Below, piece by piece: positions 1 to 5,676 of a DNA stretch of 64,000 nucleotides. The position numbers and the translations under genes were made by a program. Each line of letters opens with the position of its first letter. Positions within the stretch are counted from its first letter, which is position 1. The stretch lies in the IMG/VR virus record IMGVR_UViG_3300021400_000095; one strand, written 5' to 3'. A model generated the notes under the pieces. The model had not been told where the DNA came from, did no database searches, and saw nothing but the letters and a program-made list of their open reading frames with translations. The DNA comes from a virus. Lineage: Duplodnaviria; Caudoviricetes.

Positions 1-14
1 TAATTATTGTTTTT

Positions 15-87
15 GGAGGTCTGGCAGAGGTGGTCTATGCACTGGACTGAAAATCCAGAGAACCCAGTTCAACTCTGGGGGCCTCCA
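15..87 (+). tRNA. tRNA-Phe(GAA)
   Basis: Cloverleaf: GGAGGTC/GGCCTCC acceptor, CTGGA-CTGAAAA-TCCAG anticodon arm, TTCAACT T-loop; CCA not encoded. Confidence 0.93.
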
Positions 88-102
88 CAACAAAAAAAGG
101 AA

Positions 103-175
103 GACTCCATAGCTCAGTTGGTAGAGCACCACACTTTTAATGTGGGGGTCACGAGTTCGAGCCTCGTTGGGGTCA
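103..175 (+). tRNA. tRNA-Lys(TTT)
   Basis: GACTCCA/TGGGGTC acceptor, CCACA-CTTTTAA-TGTGG, ACGAG-TTCGAGC-CTCGT. Confidence 0.95.
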
Positions 176-433
176 CAAAAGCAATGTTGGCAAATCCAAT
201 TGCTTTTTCTTAAGAGAAAATAACCTTTTCACATTTATTGGTTGTATGTGAATAAATTACTGATGTATTTTAAAAACCAATATGTATCAGTATCTGCAAA
301 GTTTAAGGGTATCTTTGTAACTAAAAGTTAAAACTGTTTGGTTTTTCTTGTAAAACTGGTTTCCAAGCATCTGTTCAACAGTCAGTACCTTTCTGGATGA
401 ATCATATTGCAGGTTAAAAATGATTCATCACAT

Positions 434-505
434 GCAGAGTTAGTACAATGGTTAGTATGCCAGCCTTCCAAGCTGGATATGAGGGTTCAATTCCCTTACT
501 CTGCT
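434..505 (+). tRNA. tRNA-Gly(TCC)
   Basis: GCAGAGT/ACTCTGC-T acceptor, CCAGC-CTTCCAA-GCTGG, GAGGG-TTCAATT-CCCTT. Confidence 0.95.
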
Positions 506-526
506 CAAAGTCATAAAGTGCCCAGG

Positions 527-590
527 GCATGGAAGTATTGCAGGTTGATACTTTTAATATTTAAACTTAGGTTCGAGCCCAGGCCATGCA
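527..590 (+). ncRNA. degenerate tRNA-like element (acceptor + T-loop, no canonical D/anticodon arm)
   Basis: GCATGG/CCATGC stem, AAGTATT..GATACTT hairpin, GGTTCGAGCC T-loop. Confidence 0.4.
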
Positions 591-626
591 GCAAGCAATA
601 CTTTATGAAACAAAATATTTTTCAAT

Positions 627-1000
627 GGGGGTGTTCTTGGTTTTGACACATAACAACCAATAAACAAGCATGTAGTGCTTTGTATGTAGGCACTTAAATA
701 TTAACATTCAACAATTAACTGGCAATTATGCTTATTCTTTTGCTTATTAATCAATACAAGGTATCTGATTAAAACAAATCACAAGGTGATTTGGGCAAAC
801 ATCTTATAAAGATATTTTCTTTGTTATTGTCTTTAATTATTAAGGTGTCATCTTAAACAAAGTGGTATCCAAACAGGGGTTCAATGAATAACATTTTGTT
901 TGTACAATTACAAGGTTATTCTTTTAATGAAATTGTACTAAACATGTAGAAACTTTTGAGGAACTTATGTTGGACAGTGGTTCAACTCCACTCACCTCCA
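627..1000 (+). ncRNA. ssrA: tmRNA; tag ORF 721-750 = GNYAYSFAY*
   Basis: 5' GGGGGTG..TTTTGAC, 3' GACAGTGG-TTCAACT-CCACT-CACCTCCA with G3.U70; resume context TAACT-GGC; AAGCATGTAG and AAACATGTAG motifs. Confidence 0.93.
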
Positions 1001-1006
1001 CTTTTT

Positions 1007-1040
1007 CTTGTTTTTTTGAATATTTATCTGTATATTTGCA
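1007..1040 (+). promoter_or_regulatory. Bacteroidota primary-sigma promoter (TTG...TATATTTG), followed by a boxA-like GTTCTTTGA
   Basis: TAnnTTTG -7 element at 1031-1038. Confidence 0.7.
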
Positions 1041-1060
1041 GTGTATTTGTTCTTTGACAA

Positions 1061-1203
1061 GTTTGTAGTAACATAAATATTTGGTTTAGTAAATGTACAC
1101 CCAAATATACCATGCAAACAGGACTATTTGCTAAGGTCTCTTTAAAAACATTTACAGTTGAGTTAACAACTCATGTTAGCATAAGTAAACACATTTATAG
1201 TCC
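1061..1203 (+). ncRNA. unassigned pseudoknotted structured RNA
   Basis: Two nested hairpin domains with an 8-nt loop-loop complementarity GTAAATGT/ACATTTAC. Confidence 0.5.
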
Positions 1204-1210
1204 AATGTCT

Positions 1211-1517
1211 ATAGGGTTTCTAACAGCTATTACAATAGTGTTGGTCTTTTCCTATTTTTTTTTTTGAAATTGATTAATAAAAAAAGATAGTGGTTTTTGG
1301 TGATTTTGGCCTATTGTCTTCTTACTTTGGATTAGTAAGTTTTTGAAAAACCCCAGGTTTTTGGCTTTTTTTACCCCTGTACTACTTCAAAAACAAAAAG
1401 AAATGAAAAATCTTTATCCCCATAAGTTTAATCCAACTAATTTGGAGGATAAAAAAACAATAGGTTTTCATTACTGGTTGTGGTAGATACCAAGTCTTTT
1501 CCTATTTTTTTTGAAAT
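1211..1517 (+). repeat. two copies (1211-1270, 1460-1517) of ATAGG..TTTC ... GTCTTTTCCTAT-T(n)-GAAAT hairpin unit
   Basis: Direct repeat of both ends with different inner hairpins. Confidence 0.55.
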
Positions 1518-1541
1518 ATAATAAACCACACAAAAGGTTTA

Positions 1542-1674
1542 AGAAAACATGCAGCAATTTTAAATAAAATTAATTTGTCTGTAATACAAAAGATGGTGGG
1601 TTCAAATCCCCCATAAAGAAGTTTGTGGTCCTTCTTTATTAGTTTAATGGTGAGAACTAAAATTTTGTTTTCTG
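1542..1674 (+). ncRNA. circularly permuted tRNA-like RNA (Tyr GTA anticodon arm) clamped by ACAGCAA module (copy 1)
   Basis: Order: anticodon arm 1574-1590, T arm ~1596-1612, loop-closed acceptor 1613-1639, D arm 1642-1657; ends AGAAAAC/GTTTTCT. Confidence 0.8.
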
Positions 1675-1691
1675 TAAAATACCTTATATTT

Positions 1692-1766
1692 GGGAGCTTA
1701 GCTCAGTTGGTTCAGAGCATTTGCCTTACAAGCAAAGGGTCGATGGTTCGAATCCATCAGTTCCCA
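1692..1766 (+). tRNA. tRNA-Val(TAC)
   Basis: GGGAGCT/AGTTCCC, TTTGC-CTTACAA-GCAAA, GATGG-TTCGAAT-CCATC. Confidence 0.95.
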
Positions 1767-1768
1767 CA

Positions 1769-1902
1769 AGAGATACTTGGAGAAGGTACAAGGTAGTTAA
1801 TGCATCAATGGCTACAATCATGGCCTCCATGATAAGAGATAGTTTATGAATTTGAAAACACCAAGTAACAACATGTAGAGGTTGCAAACTCTATATGGCT
1901 CT
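1769..1902 (+). ncRNA. unassigned structured RNA with a T-arm-like hairpin
   Basis: TACTTGG/CCAAGTA (1774-1867) and CATGTAGAG/CTCTATATG (1872-1897) stems. Confidence 0.4.
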
Positions 1903-1912
1903 AATCTTAACA

Positions 1913-2025
1913 AGAAAAGTAACAGCAAAATTTGAAGTTTTTAGATGAGTCATAAGATGATATGTATAGTGAAAACTATATGGGGTCTGAATCCCCAACT
2001 TACCCCAAACTAAAATTCTTTTCTG
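1913..2025 (+). ncRNA. ACAGCAA-module RNA (copy 2)
   Basis: AGAAAAG-TA-ACAGCAA ... CTTTTCTG (compensatory change relative to other copies); inner TATAGT/ACTATA and GGGG-TCTGAAT-CCCC hairpins. Confidence 0.7.
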
Positions 2026-2041
2026 TTTTAAAGTATAAAAT

Positions 2042-2119
2042 GGTGTGTTAGTTCAGCCTGGTTAGAATGCCACACTGTCACTGTGGAGGTCATGGGTTCG
2101 AGTCCCATACATACCGCCA
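2042..2119 (+). tRNA. tRNA-Asp(GTC)
   Basis: GGTGTGT/ACATACC-G-CCA, CCACA-CTGTCAC-TGTGG. Confidence 0.95.
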
Positions 2120-2121
2120 AA

Positions 2122-2214
2122 AGAAAACTTACAGCAATTTATGTTGGATAAAATAAAAAATCTCTAAACTTTTTTATGAAATGGTTCAAATCCATTAAAA
2201 CTAATAGTTTTCTG
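2122..2214 (+). ncRNA. ACAGCAA-module RNA (copy 3) with CTA anticodon-like loop and T arm
   Basis: AGAAAAC-TT-ACAGCAA ... GTTTTCTG; loop CTCTAAA on an A/T stem; AATGG-TTCAAAT-CCATT. Confidence 0.7.
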
Positions 2215-2228
2215 TTTATTTTTAAACT

Positions 2229-2301
2229 GGGGGATTAGCTCAGTTGGCAGAGCACAACATTTGCAATGTTGGGGTCAGGGGTTCAAATCCCCTATCCTCC
2301 A
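2229..2301 (+). tRNA. tRNA-Ala(TGC)
   Basis: GGGGGAT/ATCCTCC-A with G3.U70, CAACA-TTTGCAA-TGTTG. Confidence 0.95.
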
Positions 2302-2335
2302 CTAAATCAATTAATTACAATATTGTAATTATATT

Positions 2336-2410
2336 CATGCCATCGTATAATTGGTTAGTACCCTGCCCTTTCACGGCAGAAATGTTGGGGTTCGAGTCCC
2401 CCTGGCATGA
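2336..2410 (+). tRNA. tRNA-Glu(TTC)
   Basis: CATGCCA/TGGCATG, CTGCC-CTTTCAC-GGCAG, TTCGAGT T-loop. Confidence 0.9.
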
Positions 2411-2425
2411 CAAATTTTTAGTACA

Positions 2426-3364
2426 ATGTCAAAATATGATATTTTATTTAGTGAAAAAGAGAAAGAGAACATAATTAAAGATTATGTTGAAAACTTATTA
2501 TCAATTAAAGAAATTTGTTTTAAATATAGTATAAAAAACAAACAATGGTTATGCAAAAAACTTTTAAAAGGAAAAACAAGAAGTTATAATGAATCTTGTA
2601 AAATTGCACATAAAAAATATCCAGAAAAATTCTTACATACAGAAGAAACAAAAAAATTAATGAGACAAAAAAGGCTTGATTTTATGAAAAATCATCCTGA
2701 AGAAACTGCTTGGAGAAAAAGAAACAAACCTTCATATCCTGAGCAATGTTTTATTGATTTTTTAAATGAATATGGATATTCTGACAAATATTTAATTGAA
2801 AGAGAAAAAAGTATATTTCCATATTTCATTGATTTTGCTTTTAATGATTTAAAGATTGCAGTTGAAATTGATGGTTCACAACATTATCTAGAGGAAGATA
2901 GAATTAAAAGGGATAAGAAGAAAGATGAACTATTAATTTCTTTAGGATGGTCAATATTAAGAATTTCAGCAATTTCTTTAGTCAATAAAGAATTTAAAGA
3001 AATTGATAAAAAGTTATCTGAAATCATAGTTTCTGTTAAAACTGTAGTACAACCATTACAAGTTGGTTTAATAAAGAAAATAAAGGGGAAGAAAAGACTA
3101 TCAAAAAATGGTAAATGGTATGTAAATTACAGAGAAAAATCTGAAAAATATTCAGATAACCAAACAATTAAGCAATATGAAAATTCATTAAGACAGAGAA
3201 AAGTTAAAGACAGACCATCAAAAGAAGAATTATTTGAAATGATGTCAACACAGACATTTAAATCAATTGCTGAAAAATATGGTGTTTCAACAAATGCTAT
3301 TCAAAAATGGTGTAAGGCATATGGGATACCACATAGGAAAAGAGATTACAATAATTTGGGATAG
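2426..3364 (+). CDS. DUF559/Vsr-like endonuclease with C-terminal HTH; putative free-standing homing endonuclease
   Basis: S-x-x-E motif, YFIDFAF..KIAVEIDGSQH..RD...GWSILRI; C-terminal SIAEKYGVSTNAIQKW HTH; inserted between tRNAs. Confidence 0.8.
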   Translation: MSKYDILFSEKEKENIIKDYVENLLSIKEICFKYSIKNKQWLCKKLLKGKTRSYNESCKIAHKKYPEKFLHTEETKKLMRQKRLDFMKNHPEETAWRKRNKPSYPEQCFIDFLNEYGYSDKYLIEREKSIFPYFIDFAFNDLKIAVEIDGSQHYLEEDRIKRDKKKDELLISLGWSILRISAISLVNKEFKEIDKKLSEIIVSVKTVVQPLQVGLIKKIKGKKRLSKNGKWYVNYREKSEKYSDNQTIKQYENSLRQRKVKDRPSKEELFEMMSTQTFKSIAEKYGVSTNAIQKWCKAYGIPHRKRDYNNLG

Positions 3365-3437
3365 TGCTGGAACTGGTATACAGGCATGCCTAAGGAGCAT
3401 GTGGAGATTTCCATGTGGGTTCAAATCCCCTACCCCA
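3358..3437 (+). tRNA. tRNA-Leu(AAG), long variable arm
   Basis: CTG-GAACTGGTATA-CAG D arm, CATGC-CTAAGGA-GCATG, TGGA..TCCA variable arm; T/acceptor pairing slightly imperfect. Confidence 0.8.
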
Positions 3438-3568
3438 TACAAATGAGATACAACATAACAATATAAGTTATTAGAAAAATAATAATATGGGTATATCACC
3501 CATAGTTTAAGTCCCCTCCAAAAAGGCAGAACAATTATTTTAATAATATAATAACAAAATTAATAATT

Positions 3569-3778
3569 ATGGGGTACTTTGTTTTAATTTTTGGTTTCTT
3601 ATTCACATTTATTGCAACAATAATCAAGGTGAATAAGACTTACATTCCAAAGACTGATTGTTCTACAGACATCAAGGATGCTAAGAGCAATTTGATTCAC
3701 ATGAGAACTTTCTTTATACTTGGACCAAGTTTAATTGTAATAAGTATTATACTTATTATTTTAGGTGTAGGATTATAA
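3569..3778 (+). CDS. small two-TM membrane protein
   Basis: 69-aa ORF with two hydrophobic segments. Confidence 0.6.
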   Translation: MGYFVLIFGFLFTFIATIIKVNKTYIPKTDCSTDIKDAKSNLIHMRTFFILGPSLIVISIILIILGVGL

Positions 3779-3826
3779 AGGAAATGTAATATGAATGGGT
3801 ACAAGATGAACTTCTTGTACCATTTT

Positions 3827-3900
3827 ACCCCCTTAGCCCAATTGGAAGAGGCAATAGGTTAAGGACCTATTCAGTGTGAGTTCAAATCTCACAGGGGGTA
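3827..3900 (+). tRNA. tRNA-Leu(AAG), short variable arm
   Basis: ACCCCCT/AGGGGGT-A, GCC-CAATTGGAAGA-GGC, ATAGG-TTAAGGA-CCTAT, GTGAG-TTCAAAT-CTCAC. Confidence 0.88.
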
Positions 3901-3918
3901 CAAATAATATAAATATAT

Positions 3919-4036
3919 TGGGAGGTAGCTCAGTTGGTTAGAGCAGAGTATTTATGTTTTTAGTAACAGAAACTTACAGCAATATTTACAATGCATTTGG
4001 AGCCTCAGGTCATAGGTTCAAGTCCTATCCTCCCAA
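3919..4036 (+). tRNA. tRNA-Pro(TGG)-like gene interrupted by ~44-nt ACAGCAA-module insert (copy 4, ~3949-3992)
   Basis: TGGGAGG/CCTCCCA-A acceptor, GCTC..GAGC D arm, ATAGG-TTCAAGT-CCTAT T arm; insert GTTTTT-AGTAAC-AGAAAC-TTACAGCAA; TTTGG loop (Gln TTG register not excluded). Confidence 0.75.
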
Positions 4037-4041
4037 CAAAT

Positions 4042-4119
4042 GGACATGTAGCTCAGTTGGTTTAGAGCATTTGACTGATATTCAAAAGGTCACAGGTTCA
4101 ACTCCTGTCTTGTCCACCA
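4042..4119 (+). tRNA. tRNA-Ile(GAT)
   Basis: TTTGA-CTGATAT-TCAAA, ACAGG-TTCAACT-CCTGT, encoded ACCA. Confidence 0.93.
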
Positions 4120-4245
4120 AGATAACCTTTCATTGGTCTAGCTAGGTGAAAGGAGAACTAATTTTATGCTGATAGTTTGAAAGCACACAAGTAGAACAGT
4201 TAGCAAAATAAGGTTGTAAAAAGTTGGTGAAAACCCATTATCTTG
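4118..4245 (+). ncRNA. unassigned multibranch structured RNA
   Basis: CAAGATAA/TTATCTTG closing stem; CCTTTCA/TGAAAGG and TGCTGA/TTAGCA inner stems. Confidence 0.45.
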
Positions 4246-4250
4246 ACCAT

Positions 4251-4323
4251 GCAGTAATATATCAATTGGTAGATAGTCTGCTTGCCATGCAGAAGGTTGA
4301 GAGTTCGAGTCTCTTTTACTGCT
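4251..4323 (+). tRNA. tRNA-Gly(GCC)
   Basis: GCAGTAA/TTACTGC-T, TCTGC-TTGCCAT-GCAGA. Confidence 0.94.
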
Positions 4324-4455
4324 CAAAGAGTAACGGACAAGGCTTAGGAGTATGATTAATGTTAAAGGAAGGAGTTTATTAACAAACATTTTTACTTCTT
4401 AATAATCATTAAAACAAGACTGTGGGATGCGAGTGGTTACTTTTTTTATTTAAAT

Positions 4456-4530
4456 GGGGATTATGGTGTAATGGTAGCATGTATGATTGTGGTTCATCAG
4501 GTCACAGTTCGAGCCTGTGTTTTCCCCCCA
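4456..4530 (+). tRNA. tRNA-His(GTG)
   Basis: G-1, ATGA-TTGTGGT-TCAT, CACAG-TTCGAGC-CTGTG, C73-CCA. Confidence 0.9.
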
Positions 4531-4556
4531 TAAAAAATTATTTTTTTTTAGAAAAA

Positions 4557-4590
4557 TTTGTTTATTTAAAATAATATTTATATATTTGTA
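4557..4590 (+). promoter_or_regulatory. Bacteroidota primary-sigma promoter
   Basis: TTTG 4557-4560 and TATATTTG 4581-4588, immediately before module copy 5. Confidence 0.75.
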
Positions 4591-4594
4591 GAGA

Positions 4595-4697
4595 AGAAAA
4601 CAGACAGCAAATTAAGTTTAAGATTGTAGGTTCAATTCCTTCTGTTTTTAAAGAAATTTAAAGGCAAAAATAGGTAATCCAAAAACAAAGTTTTCTG
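4595..4697 (+). ncRNA. ACAGCAA-module RNA (copy 5), permuted T-acceptor-D-like order without anticodon arm
   Basis: AGAAAAC-AG-ACAGCAA ... GTTTTCTG; GTAGG-TTCAATT-CCTTC; TGTTTTTA/TAAAGGCA closed stem. Confidence 0.7.
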
Positions 4698-4709
4698 CTT
4701 GAAATACAA

Positions 4710-4865
4710 GCCGCCTTAGTATAGTGGTATTACAACTGACTTGCTACAGAGTGATTCACTGAGAAGAATTGCAAGGTATTAAAAGTGGTGAGCAGTACAG
4801 ATGATAGTTCAACTCTATCTACCTTGCCTAATCAGTAGATGTTGGTTCGATTCCGACAGGCGGCT
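4710..4865 (+). tRNA. tRNA-Thr(TGT) interrupted in the anticodon by an 85-nt tRNA-like insert (4744-4828)
   Basis: GCCGCCT/AGGCGGC-T acceptor; ACTGA-CTTG|TAA-TCAGT reconstitutes the classical Thr anticodon arm; GTTGG-TTCGATT-CCGAC. Confidence 0.85.
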
Positions 4866-4906
4866 CAAATTTTCTGAACACATAGGAAAATTTTTGTGTA
4901 CACAAT

Positions 4907-5061
4907 GCCTGTATAGACTGAAATGGTGAAAGGGAGTAACAAACTGCTAAACAAATTTTAGTGAATGCATTAAGTTAAACTTTGAGTTAGTAAGTGTGAA
5001 AGGCTTAAGCAGCACCCTCTTTTGATAGAGGGGGATGTGGGTTCAATTCCCACTACAGGTA
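4907..5061 (+). tRNA. atypical tRNA with ~80-nt D-loop insert and 8-nt anticodon loop (TTTTGATA; Gln or Ser reading)
   Basis: GCCTGTA/TACAGGT-A acceptor, CCCTC/GAGGG anticodon stem, GTGGG-TTCAATT-CCCAC. Confidence 0.65.
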
Positions 5062-5068
5062 CAAAAAT

Positions 5069-5142
5069 TGTGGGGTGATAGCAGTTGGTAGCTAGTCAGG
5101 CTCATAACCTGAAGGTCATGGGTTCAAGTCCCATCCCCGCAA
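5069..5142 (+). tRNA. tRNA-fMet(CAT), initiator-type
   Basis: TGTGGGG/CCCCGCA-A, AGCAGTTGGTAGCT D arm, TCAGG-CTCATAA-CCTGA. Confidence 0.9.
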
Positions 5143-5186
5143 CAACAGAACAAATATTTTTTCCTTATCATTTCTTTGATAAGTAT

Positions 5187-5475
5187 AACACAAACTTGTC
5201 CTATAGTCCCTCAAATATAGGACCTTGCCATGTGCAATTAGGTAAAGGCATAAAATAGTGTACATATGTTTATGCATAATAAGAGACCATTCCAAAGTGT
5301 TGGGTTGCTAATTAAACATGTACTCAGCCATTCTTGGCTAGTCAGAATATAACAAATAAATCTGGAGAGAAGCACCTTGCCAACAGTTAAGTAAAACCTT
5401 GTAAAGAAAATTATTTCCAAAGGTCATCCATTTAAAATGGTTAAACAGTCGCAGTGATGTAGTAAAGTTTGTGTT
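5187..5475 (+). ncRNA. unassigned ~290-nt structured RNA
   Basis: 11-bp terminal stem AACACAAACTT/AAGTTTGTGTT plus several inner hairpins. Confidence 0.6.
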
Positions 5476-5486
5476 TTTTTATTATT

Positions 5487-5672
5487 TAGTGCTGTAAAAA
5501 GTTTGGCAGATTAAAGATTAGGTTGCAAATGAAAGTTATCCTCCCTATTGGCTGTGTATTTTTATAATACTGAACTCTAGTTGCATAAGCCTTGTATGAG
5601 CAGCATAACTAAAATTATTTAGTTCCAAACATTCAGGGAGTAAGGCATTAATAAGGGCACTGAACAGCACTA
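5487..5672 (+). ncRNA. unassigned ~185-nt structured RNA
   Basis: TAGTGCTGT/ACAGCACTA terminal stem, CTCCCT/AGGGAG inner stem. Confidence 0.55.
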
Positions 5673-5676
5673 TTAT

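Noticed and set aside
177-430. Series of hairpins between tRNA-Lys and tRNA-Gly
   Set aside because: Simple AT-rich stems with no closing helix or recurring motif; insufficient to call an RNA gene.
4742-4826. Alternative reading as tRNA-Arg(CCT) with a group I-like intron after U33 ending in G
   Set aside because: 85 nt is too short for a group I core; the acceptor (GCCG), U20 and the ACTGA/TCAGT stem fit Thr, not Arg.
7-5420. Short ORFs 7-213, 407-646, 2244-2474, 3287-3499, 3954-4145, 4138-4389, 5238-5420
   Set aside because: They overlap tRNA/ncRNA genes and translate as typical tRNA shadow peptides.
5187-5672. RNase P RNA or HDV-like theta ribozyme
   Set aside because: No GAGGAAAGTCC/AACCCGGCTTA-type motifs and I could not build a full nested double pseudoknot.
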